Shown piece by piece: positions 21,408-33,600 of a DNA stretch of 38,778 nt. The DNA lies in the NCBI RefSeq assembly GCF_000485595.1, contig NW_014577087.1:282766-321543 (forward strand), in the 5' to 3' direction. Source of the stretch: Priapulus caudatus (taxonomy: Eukaryota). The notes under the pieces were generated by a model that was not told the origin of the DNA, did no database searches, and was given only the letters and a program-made list of their open reading frames with translations. The position numbers and the translations under genes are program-made. Each line of letters opens with the position of its first letter. The stretch's first letter is position 1.

Positions 21408-24400
21408 TGTGTATGTGTGTGTGTGTGTGTGTGTGTTGTGTGTGTGTGTGTGTTGTGTGTGTGTGTGTGTGTGTGTTGAAGTGCTGTTGTGTGTCTGTAC
21501 TATTCCTTCTCAGTCCCTACCTCCCTCTCCCTCTGCCTTCTTTCTCCTCTGCTCCGCACTTGTTCTCCCTTCTCGGCTCTCTCTCTCTCTCTCTCTGCTC
21601 TCTCTGCTGCTCTCTTCTCCTGACTCTGTGCTCTGGCTTTCACCTCATCGCTCCTTGCTATCAGTCTACACCCTACACAAGGCAACTAATCGTTGAATGG
21701 CTTACCTATTCTTTTGACGGCGGAACGTGAATACTGGAATTGTCCATTAGTGGGTGGCTTCCGATTTCCATGGTGACTGTGATGCTAGCCCGGCGTCTCC
21801 ATGACGGAGTGATCTTCAATGCAGCAGCTACTCTGCTCTCGTGTATTCCTGTGTTTTTCTCCAGGCTGTTGGGCAGGATGATTGTCTCAGACACCTTCAT
21901 GGTCGTCCTCTTCAGCGTTACTATCGGAGCCACGTTGTCAGGTCATTTCAGCACAATACCGCGTAACAGGTCGCAGCAGTTACGATTGGTTAGCGCGTTT
22001 ACATGTGAGGTCGATGCGTATTTCGCGACGTGCTGAAGTGTATGCGTGACTTATTTGTTAAGGATACGAGGCACGTCTCCAATCATTCTTGTTATTCGTC
22101 ATTGTTAACCAGCGAAATATTATAATTCCAAGCCCAAACGGGAAAGTTGAAACATAAATTAAGGCTAAATTAGTTAGAAACACGTTAAGCGCGCGCGCGT
22201 GCGTGCGTGTGCGTGCGTGCGTGCGTGCGTCGTTGCGCGTGACGTGTGTCATGGGACCGTGCGTATCGCGTGCGTAGTGTGCGTTCGCGAATGTTTGCGC
22301 ATTCGTGAAACAGATACCTAATACCAACACACACATTACACATCAACCTCGGCGAACGCACCTTCCGTGTTGGCAGCAACACGTCGCTGAGACGCCCATG
22401 TCTCGTCGTGCTTGTAGAGTACACGCTCTCCCGTTAGAGCTGGACTTGGCCGTCCAGCACGGCGCGCGTGTTGGCGGCATCATAGTAAACTCCATCGTCG
22501 TCTTGCGACCTTGGATTAGTGGCCAGGTAGCCCATTGTGCGAGAGTGCGAGCTCTAGCCGCATGCCCGTTAGACGTCTCGATGCTGTCACCGTGCGCTGT
22601 AGTCTCGGTATATGACACCTATCTGGGCAGAAGCAAATTTCGTTCAAGTAAACACGAAGATTTTGAATATCACTAGCGCTCGCTCTCGCTTGTGAAAATG
22701 TGCTCGGTGATATAAATAAACAAATATAATAAATTAATAAATAAAGTAATAAATATATTATATATTAGTTTTGTTTAAAATCAATGTTGAACATATCTGT
22801 TTTCGTTTCAAAAAATTAATAGATGTTAAATAAAATTTTTTTTTCAAAATATTTCTATTCTGATGTAAATGTATCTTTTAAGTTTTAATAGTGCTGTCAT
22901 TTTTTCACTAAGTTTGCGTTGTACGGCCCTATTTTACATCGATTTTACTGTCAGAGCAATGTGATAGATGGGGCTGCATAAGAACGTTTCAGTGTTATAT
23001 GCTATTGTAATGAAGCGACCATGTTTATGTGACGCGAGAAGCCTGGCCTATTCTGACCTGCTATTTGCCAGATTTATTTACCTTCTATTTGGCCTCCATT
23101 CTGACCTGGCCTATTGAACTATACATTACCTGCTATTGGCCTTAATTAGTACTATTTACCTAATTTACCTACTATTTGACCTTAAACTACCTAACATTTA
23201 CCTTATCTGCCCGCTGTCGTGACTCTCTGCTCAGCCTGCCGTAGGCTGGAGTTAACGTTGTAAGTGAAACACGTATAGCGGCCCTTCAGTCAATGATGTT
23301 CTTCGTGAAGTAATTGCTGACCCGAAGCGATTGAATACGTAGATCTCCTGGCGTCTCCGGGTGATAGACCTCGTACAGCTGGTTTCCTTGAATTCATAAA
23401 CACGGACAGCCATCAAGTGGGAGTGGGGGTCGACTCGGGAATAGCGCCGGCAGACCTGCGAGACCATGCAACAACTAAGCGTGATCCCTAGGATCTCATT
23501 CTGATCGCGTTTGTTTCCATCAAGATAAGATTACGAATTCCGTGCCCGCGGTGACGGACACGGAGTATATTGTTTGGGAAGCTTGATATATTCTAAGCGT
23601 ATATATAAATATATATATATATATATATACTTATTATATATACGTAGCGCGTCTTATGATACACCTGTGCATTATACTTATTATCGATGAGTAGCAGTGG
23701 TCGTGGTTATTGTTGCTATGAGATTATTTGAGACTCTATCACTGCTGATTGATGACTTATGAGGCACTACGATTTGCTCTTGTAAATGACTCATTGAGCA
23801 AAACGGCTAGAGGATACTATATAAAACCACGTTTGTAATTTGTACCACGGCGTTTGTGCTTGTACAACGGCGTACGGAGGTGCCTGGGTAAAATGTTCCT
23901 ATAACACCCACGTATAAGTTTCCACGGTGTTGTTTTCCTAACAAACATATAGGCGAATGGTAGAGTTTTCTCTAGAACACAACTGCGTTTTCAAGTGTAC
24001 AGCGGTGTTTGTGCGTTGTCAAACAACGCATATGGGTAGTGTAGGGTATGGCGGTACACAATACAGGCTACTACCCCTCTCGTGCATTCCGGTGCTGAGG
24101 CATGCACTTGTTCGGCGCTGGTATGGTCGTTAGCGATGGAGCGTATCCTCAGGTTACGGAGGCGACGCTACGTGGCACGCTGGAGTCGGGGTGATGTGAT
24201 TGGCGCTGGGCGTGGTTGATGGCAGCGTTGAGCGCGCTCGGCGTCGGCCATGTTGTAACACATGCACGTCGTGTCTGACAGGTTTGCACGCGGCGAGCGG
24301 CCGGCGGCGAACACGGAGAGTCTTTCCATCCGTCGACACCTTTCTGATCTGTAACGTAGGGTAAGGATCAACGTTACAATAGCAGCTGCTAAACCCGTCG

Positions 24401-26748
24401 CACGGGGGTGTCTCTCGCTCCTCATCCACTCACAGCCGAAACGTAGTTTAGTTACCAATTTCATCTCGGCGGGGGAGGTAAACTTACTAATTTACTGGCT
24501 ACATTTCTGTTTGGTTGGTTGAGTTTGCAGTTAGGTTTATATATGAAGTTCGGGCAGTTCATAGGCAGGTTTCGCATATAATTGGAACTAACGAGAGTCC
24601 AGTTCGTGAAGTGTCGGACGTCCATCAACTAGACGACTTCATGTATTTGATATTTTTCCTTCCCCATAACCAGTTTACGCGCAGTAAAGCACATGGGCCT
24701 CTACACACGCCTTACGCGCTCTCATGCGCACTCAACACGCACGTACAAGCGTCCGGCGTCGGCCTCCGCTCCATCTCTCGCTGGAGATTCACGCCTGTGC
24801 GCACGAACTGGTCGTCGGTCTCGGGATGTAGTAGGTCGCCAAGCGGGCGAGAAGGCTCATGTCGCGGATCGGTGCGAGCCACGATGGGCGGTCCGCCCTT
24901 GTCGCTCGTCGGCCCGCTGATGCTCCGTGCCGACTGACAGTGAGCGGCGTGCCGGCGACGATCTTCGGTAGCCCGTCTGGCGTGAGCATGTATACGGTGT
25001 TCTGTCCGTGATGTACACGCTGCGGTCGATCGGGTCACGGCGACTGTTGTCGGCACTGGAATTGAAGCCTGCAAGCGACGTCGCGATATCGCATAAGCCA
25101 GGGGGAATGCAGTAGGGAACTTTGAAGTTGGATCGGCGTGCGGGAAATCCATAAGAAGGATAATGTATAGAGAAACTTCGAAGCTCGGCTGCGCGTGGGG
25201 GAATCCCATAAAATGGGGAAATGCTATATGGACAGCTTTTGAAGCGCATGGCGGGCAAGCCCCGCTGTGCGCACGTAGGGAACTGCGCCAAGGAAAACAG
25301 AACGAATGGCGAGAGGTAAACACGCGTGGCACATTTACGGCGATTCTTGATGAACGCTCGTTTCGGGCAAGCGACGAATTGCACTGAAACGGCTGTTTAG
25401 GCGGTTTGAATGCGCCGTCAAAGATGTATTTACTACCGCCGCAAATATCCACCTATCGGCTAATTATAACGAATGAGGAATCTACGAATAGCGATAACGA
25501 AATATAACGACAACGAATAAACTACTCTAGCAATTGACAGAGTTCTGTGACGATGAATGCTCTGTGGAGCGACAATGCTGTAGCGTTTACCTCGCTGAAG
25601 CCGTGATGGGGCCCGGCTGCAGTGAACGCGTTCCAGCTGCCGAGCTAACTGTCGCTTGCCGACGATCGTGTTGATGTGCTCAGTCTTGTTACCTGCCCAT
25701 GCGGATCGGTCAATCCGTCCGCAAAGTAGCAGTGTAACCGTTTTGTGAAGGCCAAACGCTTTAAGGACGGCGCAGGAATGTAGATTTTTGCGCCTACTTA
25801 AATGCTAAATTATAACTGCTGATATTGACTTACCAACCACTACTAACCGGATTAACAAACGTATTACTCTGCCATTAATGGTGACTACATTCTAATATCA
25901 ACAGCCTAAACGTCTATTAGCTAAAACAATGTTTATCTAATATTGTAATTTTAATCATGTCAAAGTTCAGCAGATAGGCTCGGTGTTTGCATTTGGGGTA
26001 TCACCAAGGTTCACCCCCCTCCCGCGTGTTTCGCGCAGCCTCGCCGACCTCTCCCCCGCGTGTCCCGCAGCCTTTCGACCTCTCCCCCCTCTGGGCGTCT
26101 CTCCACCAGCCTCCAAACCTCTCGCCCCGCGTGTCGCCTCAGCTCCGACCTCTCCACCCGCGTGTCCCGCCAGCTCCGACCTCTCCGCGCGTGTCCCCGC
26201 CTTCGACCCTCTCCCGCGTGTCCCGACCTCCGACGTTCCCGCGCGTGTCCCCAACCTCCGACCTCTCCCCGCGTGTCCCGCACCCTCCGACCCTCTCCCC
26301 GCGGTCGCTCAAACCCTCCGACCTCTCCGCCGCGTGTCGTCACCCTCCGACGACCTCTCCGCGCCATGTCCGCCCCCTCCGACTGCTCTCCCCCCATGCC
26401 CCCCGTCGCGAACCGTGTCCTCGCTACCTTCGTCGCTGAGTTTGGGTTGATAGCCCAGCCCGCCGTCGCCGCACTTCCTCTGTCGCTCAGGCAGACAACT
26501 CATCTTGTCGGCGATCGCCACGCTCTGAAGTTCTCCGCCGCACGTTGCGATCTGGCGCACGCGACTTGATTCTTGAATGAATGGTGCGCGTTCTGCGGTT
26601 GGATCAGGTACACTCGCCGTGATCGGATGCACGGCCAGGTAGTAGTTGTACGCGCACAGGCTGTCCGTGGCTGCGCAACAAAACACAGCGGAGTCAGGGG
26701 TGTTAACGACGGGGTAAGACAAAGGAGGCGGGGAGGGTTAGCAAAGTG
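19239..26748 (-). pseudogene. Indel-rich inverted copy of exons 11-20 with introns; probable raw long-read gap fill
   Basis: Reverse complement of 12653-19238, extended through exon 20 (copy at 19311-19755; exon 19 copy at 19952-20285). 26701-26748 mirrors about 12653-12694. Frames are broken by 1-2 nt indels, and the segment ends at an N gap. Confidence 0.88.
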
Positions 26749-26773
26749 NNNNNNNNNNNNNNNNNNNNNNNNN
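26749..26773. other. Assembly gap (25 N)
   Basis: Run of 25 N between two low-quality segments. Confidence 0.99.
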
Positions 26774-27620
26774 GCATGCTTTCCTCACTCCTACTCGCTG
26801 CTCTCTCTCGTTCATTAACAAAGCATGGTTCTCACTCCTACCTCTGCTGCTCTCTCTCTTCATTAACTACATGGCTTTTCCTCACTCCTACCCTGCCTTT
26901 CAACGCCTTCATTACACTACATCGGTTTCCTCACTGCCTACCCTGCTCTCATCCCCTCTCATCAACTACATGGTCTTCCTCCTGCCTAACCTAGCTCTCG
27001 ATCCTTTATTAAACTACATGACGTTTCCCTTCACTGCCTACCTTGCTCTGCTCTATCTCTCTCATTAACTAACATGGGTTCCTCAACTCCTACACCGGCC
27101 TGCTTCTCATCTCTTCTTCAGTCTAGACTACCATGGGTTTTCCTCACTCCCTCACCACTGCTCTCATCCTCCTTCTTAACTACATGGTTACCCCACTCCC
27201 CTACCTGCTCTCATCCGCTACCTTCATTAATACATGCGCCGTCTTCGCCTCACTACCTCAACCTTGCTTCGATCCTTCCGATTCAACAACATGAGTTTCC
27301 TTCACTCCTAACCTGCTCTCATCTCTCTACCATTAACTACATGGTTTCCTCACTCCTACCTGCTCTCATCTTCTTCATTAACTACCATTGGTCGTCCTGT
27401 CCACTCTTACCGGCGGCTCAGCCTCGTTCTCACTTTCAAACTAAACTATGGTTTCCTCACTCCCTACCTGGCTTTCCTCATCCCTCATTCACCTATTAAA
27501 CTACATGGTCCTTGCTTCCCTTCACCTCCCCCCCTACCTGCTGGCTCATCCCTCTTCCATCTAATACCATGGTTTACCCTCACTCGCCTGAACTCTGCTC
27601 TCATCCCTCCTTCAATTCAA
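26774..27620 (+). repeat. Degenerate minisatellite, unit about 45 bp
   Basis: Recurring CATGGTTTCCTCACTCCTACCTGCTCTCATCCTCTTCATTAACTA-like unit, more than a dozen noisy copies. Isolated echoes near 33503 and 34935-34990. Confidence 0.85.
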
Positions 27621-30616
27621 CTAGGTGCCAAGGAAAGGTTTTGCCTTTCCAGCTAAATCTCAGTCTCAATTTTTGGCGGGCTAAAAACGGTTTTTTAAGC
27701 TCTGGCGCATGCGGCCCACCACTAAACCAAATAAGATCCTCGGCACCTCCCTTTCCATTCCTACTATACCCTGGCCGATAACCCATCTGGCCCACTCTCC
27801 CATCCCATTTCCTCCACATCAGTCGGTCCGTTTCCACTTCGGGTTTCTACACTCTTCCATACAGCTAACCAATAACCCTCTAAACGGTCTTTCTCACCAC
27901 AATCTTTAGGGGTGGGGCAGTGGGGCGTCTGGCGGACTACACCCCACCACCTGACATCTATTTCTGGCAGTGCCACTTTCACCGCCATAACTTACCTGCC
28001 GGACCCTACTTGCTCCTCCTCTGACTACATTGCCCTTAACTCAAATTCGCGACCCTTTGACCCCAGTGCGAATGCGTCTATCCTTTCCATTCCGCTCTCC
28101 CATAATCTAGCTCAACCCTTATTGGCCTGCCCTCGTCCAGCGTACTCCGCCTGGCTTCTTTCAGGCTCAATTATGAAGCAGCCAAACCTAAATGGTTTCC
28201 AGCAATCCACCTTCGCGCACCACCACTACAACACACAATTCTCCGTCAAGTGCCATTTCTCCGCCCCTCTCCAATGATCTACCTTGCCCCGGACCATTCC
28301 CCCAAAACAATTTTCTGCCATAAAATAGGTTACCCCATGAAGCCCGGTATTTCCTTCCTTCCGAGATTCTCTACCCTCCTAACTCCCTACCCCAACCTTT
28401 TGGCCCTCCTCAAGTCCTTCCCCTGTCTCTTCTATCTTAAAAACCTACCATGCAAATGGCTCCCACTGCACCACCCACTCCCTCCAGCCTACCCTTGCGT
28501 CTCCTCGAGTCCTCCCACTTCCCCGCTTAAATTACATCATTTCTTCCCCTTAAGCATTGTGCCGTATCGCCTAAACACGACACTCAAAATTCCCGCTTAT
28601 ATGGCTCATGCCCAACCCCCTAACCTTCATAATCCTTTTCCCCATCGCTCTTACTGGGGCATGTCTGAACCCCCCTCCTATAAGCCGGGCTCCCTCGGTG
28701 CCTCGAATAGATAACGCGACTAGGTACTGTCTGATTTCCCGGGCCCAACTCAAGCTGGCCTGTCGAAGCGTACTCACTAGTGGATTAAGCCCGCCTCCTA
28801 TCCCAAAATCTTGCTGTAAGAACCAAAAATGTCTCACTTAGCAACCAAATGGTTTACCGTACACGCCCTAACACCTGCTCTCCAATCCCCTCGTCACCGC
28901 ACTAACCTACAAATCGCTTTCCCTCCTCCTGCCCCTACCCTGCACTCCTCGCATTTCTCCTCCCTTCCCCCATTCTAGAACTACCAAATGGCACTTTACC
29001 CATCACTCCACTACCCACTACACACAATCTCCATATACGTTCCGCATCCCATCCTCCCCCAAATTACTCTACCAATGCGTCGCTCCTCCTCCCCGCTCTA
29101 TCTAACGGACCCGTTCACATGCTTCGCAGACTGCCACTCGTCCCTTACCCTTAGCCCTTAAGATCGTCAATCCGGGCATCATCTCTCTCCCAACTCTACC
29201 CACCTCAGCCCTCTACCCAGCCTCCTATTCACATCACTCCAGTAAAGCTGATCCATTAGGACACGTCTTTACACCCTCATTCGATATCCACCTATCTAAA
29301 CCTGCTATTCACACGACAAATTTGATATCATTCGAATCCTACCTATTAAATGTGCTTCAGGCCTTCACGTGTATCTGTCCATCTCTATCCATCCTGTTAC
29401 TTCTATCATTTCACGGGAATTACCTAATCCTGGTTTTCATTACCACCTCTTCCGTACCGGGCGCCTCTGTCTTGCTACCTTCTGCATCGACAGCTGATCC
29501 TGAAGCCACCTTCAGTCACAGAGTAACACTGCGGGTTTAGTGCCCCGACGTCATCCGAGAGCCGACGTAGAACCATTAACAATAATCGGTCCATCTGATA
29601 GCGACATAAGCTGCTCCTGATTTCATCCAGTACGATAAACCTTCACTCGTCCGACATCCATAGCCATCCCCGGGGTTGCAATTACTACCTGCGTTTTGCT
29701 CACTGCACATATCCCTTTAACACCACCATTTCCCTTTTAATCTTACACTGGTCCTTCCATTATTACTTATTATCTCATATGTAAACTCTAATATAATGAT
29801 TTTATTTATGTATTCCATTTAGTCTATAGTAGTCCAGCTCTCATGATCAATAGTTGATTCTCACATAATTCAACCGTTCATAATCAGCTCACGTATGCCT
29901 GTAGCGCAATTAACTAATACTCGGATCATCGTTTCTCTTGCCATTAGTCTGCAACTGCGCCTTTCCATCCTTCCCTAAAATCCTCTTTCCACATATCTAC
30001 TTTCTTACTGACATCCAAAGACTGCTAACACGAGGTGGCACGCCTCGCGGGCCCGTTCCTCGCGCTCGTGACCGGCCAGTCTCCGTTTTACAAGCCAGCT
30101 ATAAGAATGCACTCCACTAATCTAATACTAGGCATCTGCCTTAGCGATATATATTAGATAGGCGGATCACGATTGGCGATCATATAGCCGAGAGACGAAA
30201 ACGCACCTCACCACACACACGCTTGACCGCACGGCACCGCACGCACGCACGGCACGATACACACACAGCACACACTCTCGCAACGGCACGCACTGCACGA
30301 ACGCAACGAACACAGACATACGCATACATAACCATACAATACATACATACATATACATACATACATACCTACAATACATACACTACATAGCTAACTATGA
30401 CATTACATAGCATACATACATACCATACATACATACATACATCTACATTACATAACATACATACATTACACACACAACACGACTCACACGCACCACGCAC
30501 CACACACACGCCTACGCACATGACACACACACGGCCGTGAGCACACACACACACACACACATCTGTGACACCGACAGACACGACTCACACGCACCGCACG
30601 CACAACAACCAACACA

Positions 30617-33600
30617 GGCTGCGTGACCGCCTCCACCACCTCTCCCCCACACCAGTCACCTGTGAGTTGGTCGTTATTGTAGCATGCTGCGTCCTCGCTG
30701 CTGTACCGTCGCGTCCCTTATCTGTCAAGATCAAGCTAATAACGTGAACAATGAGTAGTCTTGCATCCCGTCTTGCTGACTCGGTATCCAAATCGCTCCT
30801 GCGTTCATCTGCAAGCCGTCAGCCCGACAATCGTCAGCGTCCCGTTTTCAGTCATCATCACCACCCTGACGTCCTGCTTCGTTCCGCTCGATTCGCGTAT
30901 CAGCCTTAACAAGGCGTAGACGAGAACTGCTGGTCTCGCACTGCGAGTTTCTGTACGTCGACTAGTCGACTCCCTCCGGTGTGCGACTCGGCGCGACACG
31001 ACTGAGAGATGTGTCCCGCTCCTCGCTCCTCGACCTTGTAGCCGTGATCGTACCCTACTCAAGCGATCTTTCCATGCATCACTACTGACCTACTGCTGTC
31101 CCGTCGACCTGAGCATCCGCCCTGAGTCCCCACCTACGCTGCCTCTCTTCGCTCTACTCGCGTGGCGCTGGACTTAAAATGGTTTCTCGTACGCGGCAAC
31201 TGTGACTGATTGCCGTTCGTTGTCCAATCCCGTATCTCCTTCCTATAGTCGCCAAAGACAAGAGGTCCGATCGGTTTCTCCTCCTGTTCCACATCTCAAC
31301 TCGAGCTGCGAGTCTGCTCTCTGCTTCGCTAGACCTCGTTGCTTAAATTAACGTCTAAGACCCTCTTGGTGATCTTTCCGCTCTGCTCCCTGACCGTGCC
31401 TCTCCTACACGACCCTACGGACTCCTTCAACCGCAACGTTCGACACGGACCTAAACGGCCAACAGCAGTCGTCGTTTATTCTCCTCTCGACACCTCCAAG
31501 GCACGCTGCTCTCAAATTTGCCCCTCTCCCAATTTAAAAGGAGACCAACAGCAATTCTCTTGATTTTCACTCAAACTTCCTTAGCACCTCTGCTTCCGAG
31601 CACTTTCTCCTGTCTCCGCCGAGTTAATTACTAATCCGGTCTTCTCTAGGCCCCTCGCTGCGTTGATCGCTAACCACGCCCTTGTCCGTGCTCCGTAGTT
31701 CCTTTATGTTACATCGGGTGTTCCGCATCAACCATCTAACAACCTTCGTCTGCTCCTCAAATCGCCCCTTCGTTCGGATCCGGCTCGCGAACTGCGTATT
31801 ACGAACCGCTTTCAGTGCCGCACGCGCACTCGAGGCTGCCCGTGTCTCTCTTCGTCTGCAAAGAACCCGCGTCATGCCGACGACATGAGACGAGCAAGGT
31901 TCTAGCTCGCGTTCAGCTCGCAATAGAGTGTGCATTATTCCCACCATCCTTGCGTCGAATTAGCGTGCTATGTTCTCTTATTTACTGACTCTAGCAAGCT
32001 CTCATTGCCGTCCTTCGAATCTAAGTGCCCCCTGTTCCTTTGCTGGTCGTAAAGTTGCTCACCACGAAAGAAGTTTTAAGCCGCTAAGCCTGCTTGCTGC
32101 CAGCCGCTGCACTTGGAAAACAAAATAATACACTGCTGCTCGGTAATTTGTAGTCGTCCTAATTCGCGCTCTACGCCGTCTTCTTCTGTTCTTCTGACTT
32201 ACACCGGGTCCCGTGCTTTTCTAGATTCTGAGCCTAAAGCGCATAGGAGTCATTGGGGAGTATCCTCCAACTCCGTACTTGTCTTGTCCCCGCATCTATC
32301 ATCGGATGGTACGAGATATTATATGTAAGATTTGTGCGAAAATGTAGGCTTTTCCCTCCAATCGTGTGGCGTAGCGTTAAGTACCTTATGACCCTCGCAT
32401 TCCTAGCGCTTGCTGTTGTTCCGAGTGATACACCCTGTAACTGATTGTTACTTGCCGTTGTGTTTCGCCGCTTGTAATGTATTGACCCCTACCCACCTTA
32501 TAAAAGCCACGCCCAACCTCTCACTATAGGCCTCTCCTGGCATTGCTAACATTGCGAGTGGACCACTCGTTAGAGCCTATAAAGAATGGCAGAGGGCACG
32601 GCGCGAAGCTGCAGCGACGCCGTCGGACCGCTCGCTCATTCAAATTCCCACCTGGTCCGGGTTATCATTGTCAACTTAAACTTAACACCGAAGCTGATGC
32701 GGGGCTCTTCTGCCTCCACTCGCTAACCGAATACACATCGAATACTCCAGGGTCAATACCACATACCCCTGATCACGAAAAATATACTAACGACTTTTCA
32801 AATGTCGCGGATTTACACCTCAGATCACCATCCATAACCCTGCCCGATTCAATCCCACCAGGCACGCGAAGTTACACTCAATTGGTATGTATCCAACCAA
32901 TCCTGTGAAAGGCCCTACAACAGGAGACGGCAAACCACCAAAGCATCGGCGCCAAAAAACAAGGGAAAGCAGACGCGGCAAAACGCGGAACTACTGCCCT
33001 CTCCACATTCTCCCACCTTAACCAAATCTACATGTACTTCGTTGGTTTCGCCTTTCCACCTTCTGACTATACACTAGCGTCGTCTTCACTCTTCCATTAC
33101 CAACTAACGGTCCTAACTGATCTGTCTCCTCCATACCCACGCGTCCCCGCCACAAACCCTTCCATGTCTAGTGCCTCCATTCTTCGTCCCTGCCTTTTGC
33201 AGTCTAATATACGTAACTGTCATCTTGTGCAATGGATCTACCCTAGTCCTCTCTCACATCCTCCCGCCTTCTCACTCCTATACATTTTACATGCTACACA
33301 CATATGTCAGAGTCCCTTCTAGCCCATACCCATAACGATCCTCCTCTACGCGAAAACAAAAAAAACTCCCGTACTGCTCTATCCCCTCTTCAAACTTGAT
33401 TACCTACCAAATGCGTCTTCCCCGTGCCAAACCTCCAAGCCGCCGCTCCTCCTTCCACCTATCCGCCTTACCGTCCCATCGTTACTAAGATGGCTCTAAC
33501 AAAGGTTTCCTCACTCCTATGCTCCTCCCTTCGCTACCTGCCATTAGATAACCTAATGGTCGCCTCCTCAACTGACGTCTTACGACCTGTTGAACTCTTC

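Noticed and set aside
19239..26748. Second, convergent teneurin paralogue on the minus strand
   Set aside because: Introns match as well as exons, and differences are frame-breaking indels, so there is no sign of selection.
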